DNA from: Candidatus Iainarchaeum sp.
GTDB taxonomy: Archaea > Iainarchaeota > Iainarchaeia > Iainarchaeales > JAFGBZ01
Length of the DNA: 29,560 nt
NCBI GenBank assembly: GCA_016218635.1
Contig: JACRDJ010000095.1
Location: 1 to 29,560 of the forward strand
Direction: 5' to 3'
Below, in pieces: positions 1 through 8,172 of the stretch. Position numbers and translations under genes: made by a program. Every line of letters starts with the position of its first letter. Position 1 is the first letter of the stretch. Under the pieces are notes generated by a model. It saw only the letters and a list, made by a program, of their open reading frames with translations, ran no database searches and was not told the DNA's origin.

Positions 1-240
1 CAGCCGCAGGCCCGAATAATCCAGTCCCAGCAAGGGAGAAAGCCAGGCCGCCGGAAGAATCTGGGCAGCCATTAAAGACGTGTAATTGAACCGGCTGAAG
101 TTTCCGCTCAGCACGTAATCCCGCACGGAGTCCGCATAAAGGGCATCATCGTTAAGGGAGAATTCGCCCTTCCACGGCATGGAAAAAAAGAACAACGCGA
201 ACACGATAGCCAGCACCACGAGCCAGTGAACCGTTTTCAT
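1..240 (-). CDS. 5' part of an ArnT/PMT-like (GT-C fold) membrane glycosyltransferase; runs off the window
   Basis: Manual translation from ATG at 240: MKTVHWLVVLAIVFALFFFSMPWKGEFSLNDDALYADSVRDYVLSG..., open to position 1. One TM helix is followed by an acidic NDDxxY loop motif, as in GT-C enzymes. Not listed in the ORF track. Confidence 0.65.
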   Translation of the reverse strand, partial: MKTVHWLVVLAIVFALFFFSMPWKGEFSLNDDALYADSVRDYVLSGNFSRFNYTSLMAAQILPAAWLSPLLGLDYSGLRL

Positions 241-242
241 CC

Positions 243-1913
243 ATGAATGCAGTCCGTAAGCTATTTTATTTCGTTCTGTTCACAGCATCTTTCATGGATG
301 CATTCCGGCTGACGGGGTTTGGGTTAATGGCCGCCGGCCTGCTCAACCTTTTTTGGCCGTTCTCGGTTCCCTTCGTACTCTTGCTGGCCAATTTTTTGGC
401 CATTTCCGGCCAGTGCGTGCTCTGCACGCCCCTGCTTCTGAACTCCGTTTCCTTCATCTTTTCCCTGCTGTTGCTGGGAGCCGGTGTGCTCCTGGCTGGT
501 GGAGAACGATTGCTGAATTCAATGAACCGTTTGTGGTCCGCTCACGGAAAAACCGTGCTGATTCTTCTGATTGTGGTATTGGCTTCTTTGATGGTGACCC
601 GTGCATTCCTGCGCGAAGCCGACTGGGACGAGTTCGAGCACATTCACTCCGCCTGGCACATCCTGCAGGGCCACACGCCTTACGTGGATTTCTTCCAGCA
701 CCATAACAGTTTTTTCCATTACCTGCTGGCCCCCTTCCTGCTGGTGAGTGGGGAATCCGCTTTCACGTTTTTGTTCCTGCGTGCCCTCATGCTGCTTTCC
801 TCCTTTCTGTTGCTTTACGTTCTCTTCCGTTTCACGCGTTCACTCACTGAATTGGCTCATGCCCCGTACTGGACGCTGGTGATGGCGCTTTCATTCTTTT
901 TTTTTCATGATAAGGCCTTTGAAGTCCGGCCGGACGTGCCCATGGCCCTGGCGGGCGTGGCCGGATTTTATTTCCTGATGCGTTTTTTCTCGGATTCCCG
1001 CAAAAAAGACCTGTGGGTTGGTGCGCTTTTGTTTTCGCTTTCGGTTTTATTCCTGCAGAAAGGAATATTTTTTGTGCTGGCCGCCGGTCTGGCATTTCTT
1101 TGGGCTTGGCATGAAAAACGCGTAATGCTTCGGGATGCACGGGTATTCGGAGGCATGATGGCGGTTCCTCTCCTGCTCTATCTGGGCTTCATTTGGATCA
1201 GCGGTTCCCTGAATGCGTTCCTTATATTCAATGTCTTTCTTAATCTGCTGACCACGGATACGCTGAATCCCTTCATTTACCTTAAACTCTCCTTCATTCA
1301 GAATGCCTCCTACTGGGTGCTGGCTTTTGCGGGCGTGCTGCTGGCATGGCGGAAAAACCATTTTCTGGCCCGCATGGTTTCCCTTTTCTTCCTGGTTTCT
1401 TTGGCTTCACTCTTCCTGGTGAAGGTTTCCTACATGCATTATTATCTGAGCATCATTCCGTTTGCCGTACTGGCGGCCGTGTATGCGCTTTCCGAATTGA
1501 GTGAACGGATTAATCGGTTCTTTCCCCTGGTGGCCGTTTTCCTGATTGGAATGCTCGTCATTCCGGCCTTTTTCGGAGTGCTCTGGTTTAATCCGCTTAA
1601 GCCCACGCTGGAGCGGGTCCAGTTTGTGCTGGATCATTCCACTCCTTCGGATTATGCGTATGACTCCGAGCGCCGGTTCAATCTCTTCCGCCCTGACACG
1701 GATTTCTTCTGGTACGCGGTTCCAATGGCCCTGCCCACCTACCGGGAAATGGGTTACGCCTATGATTACAATGCCTATTCCTCCATTGCACGGCTGAAAC
1801 CGAAATTCATTTCCACGGATCAGTTGGATCTGGGGGATTCATTGATTCGGAATTATTACCGTCCCACTCCCTTTCCGGGGCTTTTGGAACGCATTCCCGT
1901 CACTGAACCATAA
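243..1913 (+). CDS. ArnT/PMT-like (GT-C fold) multi-pass membrane glycosyltransferase; real start may be ATG 294
   Basis: 556-aa hydrophobic ORF with about 12 TM segments. It has a DWDEFEH acidic loop after an early TM, an RPD motif and a soluble C-terminal tail. Confidence 0.7.
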   Translation: MNAVRKLFYFVLFTASFMDAFRLTGFGLMAAGLLNLFWPFSVPFVLLLANFLAISGQCVLCTPLLLNSVSFIFSLLLLGAGVLLAGGERLLNSMNRLWSAHGKTVLILLIVVLASLMVTRAFLREADWDEFEHIHSAWHILQGHTPYVDFFQHHNSFFHYLLAPFLLVSGESAFTFLFLRALMLLSSFLLLYVLFRFTRSLTELAHAPYWTLVMALSFFFFHDKAFEVRPDVPMALAGVAGFYFLMRFFSDSRKKDLWVGALLFSLSVLFLQKGIFFVLAAGLAFLWAWHEKRVMLRDARVFGGMMAVPLLLYLGFIWISGSLNAFLIFNVFLNLLTTDTLNPFIYLKLSFIQNASYWVLAFAGVLLAWRKNHFLARMVSLFFLVSLASLFLVKVSYMHYYLSIIPFAVLAAVYALSELSERINRFFPLVAVFLIGMLVIPAFFGVLWFNPLKPTLERVQFVLDHSTPSDYAYDSERRFNLFRPDTDFFWYAVPMALPTYREMGYAYDYNAYSSIARLKPKFISTDQLDLGDSLIRNYYRPTPFPGLLERIPVTEP

Positions 1914-1946
1914 TCCACTTAAGCGGTTTGCATACCGATACTGGTT

Positions 1947-3089
1947 ATGGCACTGCCACGTATTTTGCTGGTTGCCCAATGGTTCCCGGAGGAAAAAAAC
2001 GGGGGAATCCGTTTTCCAGGCGGAACCGAGCGGGCCGCATTCACGTTTGCGAAAGCTTTTCAGCAAAATGGCTATCCCTTGCAGGTGCTGGCCGCCGCCG
2101 ACTCTGCGCGCACGCATTCGGTGGACCATCTGCCGGTCCGCGAATTCCGTCAGAAAAGTTTCTTTTTACGCGATTACTATTCCTTCCGGGAAACCCGTCA
2201 CGCCATTGATTCTTTTTCTCCGGACGTGGTCCTGATTGTGGGCTGCGGATATCATTTTGCCGCCGGCGCCATTCTGGCAGCCCGCCTGAGCGGAAAAAAA
2301 GCGTATTACTATTGTGCCCTGCATTCGCGGGAATCCGAAAAAATGCCCCTGCTGCGGCTGCTGGATGAAACCGTTTTCTCCCGGGTTCTGAATCTTTGTG
2401 AAAAAATTTTCGCCCCCACCCCTGAAACCGGGGAAGCGCTGGTTTCGGAAATGAAAATTGATTCCGCCAGACTCTCGTTGATTCCCGCTCCCCTTCATGA
2501 GTTTCCCGCTCACCCCGTCCATGAGCGCCCATCCGAGCGGCTGTTGTTTGTGGGCCGGCTCGAACCCCGGCAGAAAGGAATCCTGACTCTTCTGGATTCA
2601 ATGGCCATCGTTCACCGCCGCATGCCGGACACGGTTCTTTTTTTGGGCGGTTTTGCGGACCGGCCTGAAATACTGGTGCAGCTTCGTTCCCGGGTTTTGG
2701 AACTGGGTCTGCAATCCGTCGTTCGCTTTGAAGGATACCTGGACTCCGTTCAGCTGGAAGCCCACCTGCGTTCGTGCACGGCACTTGTGATTCCGTCCAA
2801 TTATGAAAGCTTTGGATACGTGCTCGTGCAGGCGCTTTCATTCGGGGTTCCCGTGATCGCTTCCGACATTCCTTCCTTTCGCTCCCTTACGGAAAACGGC
2901 TCCTTTGCCCTCCTTTTCCGAAAAGGGGATGCGGCGGACCTGGCTGAAAAAATAACTTTCCTGCTGGAAGACCCGGCACTTTTGCGCCGATTATCCGAAT
3001 CCGGCCCCCCACGCGCCCAGGACTTCTCGGTTGAGTCTGTTTTTCCCCGGCTATGCGCGGAAATGAATCTTTCGTCTCCCCTGAAATGA
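1947..3089 (+). CDS. Glycosyltransferase family 4 (GT-B)
   Basis: LLFVGRLEPRQKG motif and PSNYESFGYVLVQALSFGVPVIASD, the GT4 E-x7-E region with the second E replaced by Q. Confidence 0.9.
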   Translation: MALPRILLVAQWFPEEKNGGIRFPGGTERAAFTFAKAFQQNGYPLQVLAAADSARTHSVDHLPVREFRQKSFFLRDYYSFRETRHAIDSFSPDVVLIVGCGYHFAAGAILAARLSGKKAYYYCALHSRESEKMPLLRLLDETVFSRVLNLCEKIFAPTPETGEALVSEMKIDSARLSLIPAPLHEFPAHPVHERPSERLLFVGRLEPRQKGILTLLDSMAIVHRRMPDTVLFLGGFADRPEILVQLRSRVLELGLQSVVRFEGYLDSVQLEAHLRSCTALVIPSNYESFGYVLVQALSFGVPVIASDIPSFRSLTENGSFALLFRKGDAADLAEKITFLLEDPALLRRLSESGPPRAQDFSVESVFPRLCAEMNLSSPLK

Positions 3090-3145
3090 ATTCTTTTCCG
3101 CGGCCGAAAGCCTATTTATTCGTTTCCCTGCCCCGTTAATGCATT

Positions 3146-4060
3146 ATGGGCCGGCTGCTGCTTTATGGACTGATGGTGTGCCTGGTTGCCTTCGGATTCT
3201 TTGTGCTGGGCACCCTGCTTTGGGCCACCGGCACGGATTCCGCTTTTTTGAATTCCGTTTTTTATTCCAGCAGTTCGCTGTTCCTGCTGGCTTTCGCGGC
3301 GGCTGTAGTGGACCTTCATTTTTTTCGTTCCCGTTCGCGTCCCATCATGTACCGGCCCCTTTCAAACCCTAAGATCAGCGTGGGCATGACGGCCTATAAC
3401 GATGAAGGCGTGATCGGGCCCGCCGTAAAAGATTTTTTATCCCATCCGTTGGTGTGCTCGGTGGTGGTCATTGACAACAACTGCACGGATCACACAGCCC
3501 AGGAAGCCAAGGCAGCCGGCGCAGTGGTGGTGGCTGAACCCGTGCAGGGATATGGAGCCGCCTGCAAGCGGGCCCTCCAGGAAGCCCGAAAAAACGGAAA
3601 CCTGATTCTGCTGGTGGAAGGCGACCAGACGTTTTCCTCCAAGGACATTGACAAGATGGTGGCCTACATTCAGAATGCGGATCTGGTGCTGGGCACCCGC
3701 ACCACCAGGGAATTATGCGATCCCGACACCCAGATGAACTGGTTTATTCAGTATGGAAACATTTTCATTGCCAAACTCATCGAACTGCGTTTTTGGAGCA
3801 GGACCCGCCTCACGGATGTGGGCTGTACCCTGCGCCTCATCCGTCCCGAAGCCCTGGATGCCCTGCTTCCTTCCCTGCAGGTGACCGGCAACAGTTTTTC
3901 CCCGCACATGATCCTGCAGGCCCTTCACCAGGACCTTAAAACCCTTGAAATTCCCGTTACTTTCCGCAAACGCGGAGGCCAATCCAAGGGAGTGGGCTCC
4001 AGTTACGTAAAAGGCCTGCAGACGGGCCTCGCGATGTGGAAGGAAATACTTTTAAGTTAA
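3146..4060 (+). CDS. Glycosyltransferase family 2, dolichol/polyprenol-phosphate sugar synthase-like, with N-terminal TM helices
   Basis: GMTAYNDE, VVVIDNNCTDHT, GYGAAC, VEGDQT (DxD position), DLVLGTR, TDVGCTLR and EIPVTF..RGGQSK motifs of DPM1-like GT2. Confidence 0.85.
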   Translation: MGRLLLYGLMVCLVAFGFFVLGTLLWATGTDSAFLNSVFYSSSSLFLLAFAAAVVDLHFFRSRSRPIMYRPLSNPKISVGMTAYNDEGVIGPAVKDFLSHPLVCSVVVIDNNCTDHTAQEAKAAGAVVVAEPVQGYGAACKRALQEARKNGNLILLVEGDQTFSSKDIDKMVAYIQNADLVLGTRTTRELCDPDTQMNWFIQYGNIFIAKLIELRFWSRTRLTDVGCTLRLIRPEALDALLPSLQVTGNSFSPHMILQALHQDLKTLEIPVTFRKRGGQSKGVGSSYVKGLQTGLAMWKEILLS

Positions 4061-4084
4061 CCCACACCTAATTCAAGCGATATT

Positions 4085-4579
4085 ATGGTTCTGGAAGGCG
4101 TGGAACAAAAGCCCCTCAAATTCCATCTGGATGACCGGGGTTACGTATACGAAATCGTCCGCCACACAGATGAGATTTTCAGGGCCGGCGAATTCCGCCA
4201 GCTGACCTTTTCCCATCTCTTCCCGGGCGCCATCAAGGCATTCCATTTCCACCGGAAACAAACCGACTGGGTGGCCTGCGTGCAGGGCAACGTACGCCTC
4301 GTGCTTGCCGACTTCCGGGAATTCTGGAACGACGGCAAAGGCATTGAAGGCCGTGAAAGCCTGCTCCGCCAGAAAGTGGTCCCCAAACAGTTTTTCCTGG
4401 GCGAAAAAAACCCGGTTTTTCTCAGGATTCCCAAAGGAATCTGGCACGGCTATTGTGCGCTGGGCCATCAGCCCGCCAGCATCATGTACGTCACCGACCA
4501 GGTGTACGATCCGTCCGACGAGTACCGTGTTCCCTGGGATTTTTTCGGCAAAGAACTCTGGGAAATCCAAAACAAGTAA
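4085..4579 (+). CDS. rfbC: dTDP-4-dehydrorhamnose 3,5-epimerase family (RmlC cupin)
   Basis: DDRGYVYE, AFHFH, LVLADFR and IPKGIWHGYCAL motifs; adjacent to an rmlD homologue. Confidence 0.82.
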   Translation: MVLEGVEQKPLKFHLDDRGYVYEIVRHTDEIFRAGEFRQLTFSHLFPGAIKAFHFHRKQTDWVACVQGNVRLVLADFREFWNDGKGIEGRESLLRQKVVPKQFFLGEKNPVFLRIPKGIWHGYCALGHQPASIMYVTDQVYDPSDEYRVPWDFFGKELWEIQNK

Positions 4580-4585
4580 TGCTTC

Positions 4586-6328
4586 ATGAACCCGCCCAAA
4601 CGGTTTCCATTTTCTGAACTCCTCCCCTGGCTGGTGGCCGCCGGATACGTTTTTCTGATTGCCCAATTCCTGCTGGTGTTTAATTCCGATGAACTCGCCT
4701 TTGATGCGGTCGGTTACGCGGTCCGCTACCTGCTGGCTTTTCAGCCATGGTCACATGCATTCTTTATGGGCGTTCCGCTGGGAACCTTCGACCAGCCGTT
4801 TCCTTCCGTGATTCCCCTGCTGTTTTCCTTCCTGGGCCTTGGGCAATTAACCCTTCCCTATGCATTATCCGTTCTGCTCTTCCGCCTCCTTGTTCCATTC
4901 ACCTTCCTGCTCTTGCCCGGAGAAAACAAATGGGAAAAACTCGCCGCCGGACTCGTATTGGTTCTCAATCCCATTACCTTCAATTTTCTTAACCGCCTCT
5001 ACGAAGCCTATGCCTGGCTGTTCTTCATTCCGGCTCTCATTTTACTCTATCGGTTCCTGGAATCCGAAAAAACCGATTTCCGCCTGCTACTGGGTGCCAT
5101 TGCTGCGGCCGTTCTTTCCGTTCTTTCCTCTTCCGTGACCGTCATTTTTCTGGGCCTGGCGGGCCTGGCCATGATCTCCTCAATCAAAGACCTCAAGCGC
5201 CTCGCATTATTCGGCGCATCCGTGGCCGGGCTGAGTGCATTCTGGTTTTTGCCCTACCTCACATTCCTGCCTTACTCCGTTGTTTCATTCCAGGCCGGAC
5301 TCAGTGAACTGCGGACTTTCGGAATCCTTTCCTCCGGACTCTTCCTGGCCGCCGTTTTCTTATTCCTGCTCCTGCAGCAAACCGTTACGTTTTCCTTCCG
5401 GCAGAAAAACCTCCTCCGAATGGGGTTTGTTCTCTCGCTTCTGATTCTGCTTCCCCTGAATTGGCCCCTGCTGGGAAAACTCTTCGCGCACAGCTACCAC
5501 GTTTTCTTCCTCCTCCTGCTGATGCTGCTTTTCTTTTTCACTCAAACCCAGCGCGGGAACTGGAAAAAACTCCTCTTTTCACTTCGTCCGCTGGCGGTTG
5601 TGGGCATTCTGGGGCTTGCATTCATGGCTCCCTACCTGTTCTCCCAGTACGTTTATCATTTTCCCCTGCTTTCCGAAAAACAATACCTTTCCCCGGACGG
5701 CACGGCCGTTTCCCTACCGCAGGCACTGGAAGTCATTTCAACCCTTCCTTCCGGTTCCCGATTTGAAGCACTCCCGGCTGACTATATTCTGGGTTCTGCA
5801 GCCATTCTACGTTACCCGCTTCAGACCTTCACGGCCTTCGGATTCGATGCCTACGGGCTTTCAGACTCCATGAACCTGCAGAAAAAACTCAGCCAAACGG
5901 ACTCCTGTGATTCTTTGCGGGAAGCGGCCCGCACCGCCGGCATCACCCACTTCGTGGCACTCACGCGCCCTCTGCAGTCCTTCCTGAATTCCTGCGGGTT
6001 TCCGGCTTCCGCTTCCCCGCTTCCCTCCATTCATGAAACCGGTTATTCCCTGCTTGAAAACGGAAAACTGATGGCCCTCGAATCCGACAAAATAGTCCTC
6101 GAAATCCGTCCCCCTTCCACGCTGCTAAAAGTAAATTATTTCCCCCGCTGGCAGGCTCCCGCCGGCACGCTTCTCGAAGACGCCCACCCCGGCATGCGCC
6201 TGTATGCGGAAACGCCGCGAACGATTGAACTCCGCTATGGGCCGGTCTGGACGGACTATCTGGGAATGGTCCTTTCCCTGCTGACCCTTGCCTTTTTATT
6301 CATTCTTTTCCGAATAATAAATCGGTGA
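4586..6328 (+). CDS. Large multi-pass membrane protein, probably GT-C/YfhO or PTPS-related membrane family
   Basis: About 13 TM segments with an early acidic loop (DELAFD) and LSAFWFLP, a soluble extracellular domain with NYFPRW, and a single C-terminal TM. It lies inside the glycosylation operon. Confidence 0.6.
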   Translation: MNPPKRFPFSELLPWLVAAGYVFLIAQFLLVFNSDELAFDAVGYAVRYLLAFQPWSHAFFMGVPLGTFDQPFPSVIPLLFSFLGLGQLTLPYALSVLLFRLLVPFTFLLLPGENKWEKLAAGLVLVLNPITFNFLNRLYEAYAWLFFIPALILLYRFLESEKTDFRLLLGAIAAAVLSVLSSSVTVIFLGLAGLAMISSIKDLKRLALFGASVAGLSAFWFLPYLTFLPYSVVSFQAGLSELRTFGILSSGLFLAAVFLFLLLQQTVTFSFRQKNLLRMGFVLSLLILLPLNWPLLGKLFAHSYHVFFLLLLMLLFFFTQTQRGNWKKLLFSLRPLAVVGILGLAFMAPYLFSQYVYHFPLLSEKQYLSPDGTAVSLPQALEVISTLPSGSRFEALPADYILGSAAILRYPLQTFTAFGFDAYGLSDSMNLQKKLSQTDSCDSLREAARTAGITHFVALTRPLQSFLNSCGFPASASPLPSIHETGYSLLENGKLMALESDKIVLEIRPPSTLLKVNYFPRWQAPAGTLLEDAHPGMRLYAETPRTIELRYGPVWTDYLGMVLSLLTLAFLFILFRIINR

Positions 6329-6333
6329 AATCC

Positions 6334-7206
6334 ATGCGCGTACTTGTGACCGGAAGCCAGGGCATGCTGGGAACCGGCCTCCTGAAAGTGCTGGCCCGCG
6401 AAAACGAAGTACTCGGCGTTGACAAAAACGAAATGGACATCACGGATTACGCGCAGGTACTCAAGACCTTTTCCTCCTTTAATCCCGAAGTGGTCTGCCA
6501 CCTGGCCGCCATGACGGACGTGGACCAAAGCCAGAATAACCCGGAAGTATTCCGGGTCAACGCCGGCGGAACCGCCAACCTCGTGACCGCCGCCAAAAAA
6601 ACCGGTTCCCGTTTTCTTTACGTGAGCACGCTGGCCGTCTTCGGAGGAACCCAAAAAACCCCTTACCGCGAAACGGATCCCTGTTTTCCGAACAATACTT
6701 ACGCGGAATCCAAATGGCTGGGCGAACGCATCATTCAGTCCTGCCTCAGCGAATACTTCATTATCCGCTCCGGATGGATTTTCGGCGGCGGACCTGCCGA
6801 CAAAAAATTTGTCCGCAAAATCCTCGACCTCAGCAAGAAAACGGATTCCATTCAGGCCGTTACGGACAAAACCGGTTCACTCACCTACACGGTGGACCTC
6901 TCGGCGGCCATTTCCGCCCTCATCAAAACCCGTGCCTACGGAACCTATCATGCCGTCAACCAAGGCGTTTCCACCCGATACGAAATCACCAAAAAAATCC
7001 TGGAATTCGCCGGCACTCCGTCAGTTCGCGTGGTTCCCGTAACCTCGGACGCATTCATTCTTCCGGCCCCCCGGCCCGACAACGAAAGCGGTTCCAGCGA
7101 AAAACTCTCCCAGAGCGGCATTTACACCTTCCGCCGCTGGGAAGACGCCCTCAAAGAATACATTCAGGAAATCACCGGCACCGACGGCTACGCTAAGAAA
7201 AAGTAA
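6334..7206 (+). CDS. rfbD: dTDP-4-dehydrorhamnose reductase (RmlD); the track start is GTG 6325, but ATG 6334 follows a GGTGA RBS
   Basis: VLVTGSQGMLG Rossmann motif, HLAAMTDVD, YVST, YAESK (YxxxK) and PRP motifs. Confidence 0.9.
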   Translation: MRVLVTGSQGMLGTGLLKVLARENEVLGVDKNEMDITDYAQVLKTFSSFNPEVVCHLAAMTDVDQSQNNPEVFRVNAGGTANLVTAAKKTGSRFLYVSTLAVFGGTQKTPYRETDPCFPNNTYAESKWLGERIIQSCLSEYFIIRSGWIFGGGPADKKFVRKILDLSKKTDSIQAVTDKTGSLTYTVDLSAAISALIKTRAYGTYHAVNQGVSTRYEITKKILEFAGTPSVRVVPVTSDAFILPAPRPDNESGSSEKLSQSGIYTFRRWEDALKEYIQEITGTDGYAKKK

Positions 7207-7209
7207 GAG

Positions 7210-7326
7210 TGATTAGCAGCACCTGGAGGCTCCAAGCAAAGCTCAGCGCCAACCAAAACACTGCCGGCTTAACTTCTGAGTTCGAAAAGGGATCAGGTGT
7301 TTCCCGGCAGCTATGACCGCTAATCA
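7210..7326 (-). rRNA. rrf: 5S ribosomal RNA, stand-alone
   Basis: The minus strand reads TGATTAGCGGTCATAGCTGCCGGGAAACACCTGATCCCTTTTCGAACTCAGAAGTTAAGCCGGCAG...GCTGCTAATCA. It carries the canonical 5S motifs GG-CATAGC, GAAACACC-GATCCC-TT-CGAAC and GAAGTTAAG, and the 8-bp terminal helix I pairs perfectly. Confidence 0.93.
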
Positions 7327-7346
7327 ACCAAAACTCCCACAAGAAT

Positions 7347-7362
7347 GCTTTTAAATCTTTCC
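7347..7362 (-). promoter_or_regulatory. BRE/TATA promoter of the 5S rRNA gene
   Basis: Minus strand GGAAAGATTTAAAAGC: a purine-rich BRE plus TTTAAAAG, about 22-30 nt upstream of the 5S 5' end. Confidence 0.65.
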
Positions 7363-7374
7363 CCCGCCGTCACG

Positions 7375-7519
7375 TCCGGCGAGTACGGGCATCCCTTTCA
7401 GGGAAGCATGCTCTGCAGGAACCTCAGCGGGTACGGGCATCCCTTTCAGGGAAGCGTGCTTCGCTGGAACTCCGGCGAGTACAGGGACTCCCTTCGGGAG
7501 GCCATGCTTCGCAGAAACC
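7375..7519. repeat. Three imperfect tandem repeats with a 48-bp period, each containing a hairpin
   Basis: GTAC anchors lie at 7383, 7431 and 7479. A 25-nt core GTACGGGCATCCCTTTCAGGGAAGC is identical at 7383-7407 and 7431-7455. The third unit is diverged but keeps a hairpin (CTCCC-TTC-GGGAG). Confidence 0.9.
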
Positions 7520-7529
7520 ATTCATGAAC

Positions 7530-8078
7530 TTACTTCTTTCCGCTCTGAACCTGGTTTACGATGGCCTTGGCGCGGTTAAGCCCTTTCTTGAGGAGCTCCT
7601 CGCGCTTGGCTCCGGCACAAATGAGTTTTCCGTTCTTGAATAAGAGCAGGGTCAGCTTGGGGTCGCTTAACCGCAGAATGGCGCCCGGAAACTGTTCGGG
7701 TTCATATTCCACGTTGTCGAGCCCCATCGCCACCTTGAATAAGTCCAGATTCTGGTTCAGGTTCGCGGTGGCCACCAGATTCACGACCGAATACTCCGCG
7801 TCTTTTTGAATCTTCACGCTTTTCTGCACTTCATGAATGATCTTGCTGGCTTTCAGGATGGCTAACGAAATGTCTTTCTCGCTGGATGCCCCTGAACAGA
7901 TGATTTTGCCGTTCTTGAATAAGAGCATGGAAACCTTCGGTTCCTTTAACTTGAAAATCGCGCCCGGAAACTGTTCCGGTTCGTACTCAATCTCCGGAAT
8001 GCTGACCGCCAGATTATATAAGTCCAGTGTGGCATTCAGGCTCCCCGAAGCCACCATATTCACAATTGTATACTTCAA
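7530..8078 (-). CDS. tbp: TATA-box binding protein
   Basis: Two internal repeats, each with VN-VA, EYEPEQFPGAI and LLFKNGK-IC-GA. TTG start preceded by GAGGGGG. Confidence 0.97.
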   Translation of the reverse strand: MKYTIVNMVASGSLNATLDLYNLAVSIPEIEYEPEQFPGAIFKLKEPKVSMLLFKNGKIICSGASSEKDISLAILKASKIIHEVQKSVKIQKDAEYSVVNLVATANLNQNLDLFKVAMGLDNVEYEPEQFPGAILRLSDPKLTLLLFKNGKLICAGAKREELLKKGLNRAKAIVNQVQSGKK

Positions 8079-8114
8079 ACCAAACGCCCCCTCAGTTCCA
8101 TTACTAAGTGAACC

Positions 8115-8148
8115 TATTTAAAAAGGTTTAAAAAGGGTATTTAAAGGG
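8115..8148 (-). promoter_or_regulatory. Stacked TATA-like boxes upstream of tbp, also T-rich downstream of msrA
   Basis: Plus-strand TTTAAAAAGG occurs at 8117-8126 and 8127-8136 as a perfect 10-bp tandem, with TTTAAAGG at 8140-8147. Confidence 0.6.
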
Positions 8149-8172
8149 AGTTACCGGAAAAGCGGCAGGGAA

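Noticed and set aside
2041-2841. 266-aa minus-strand ORF
   Set aside because: It is antisense to the GT4 gene, with low-complexity Pro/Arg/Gly composition typical of off-frame translation.
7375-7519. Mini-CRISPR array (25-nt repeat plus 23-nt spacers)
   Set aside because: The would-be spacers resemble each other, so the whole 48-mer is the repeat. There are no cas genes or AT-rich leader.
7345-7527. 60-aa repetitive ORF as a confirmed gene
   Set aside because: It overlaps the 5S promoter, lacks an RBS and may simply be a by-product of the 48-bp period. Mentioned only within the repeat finding.
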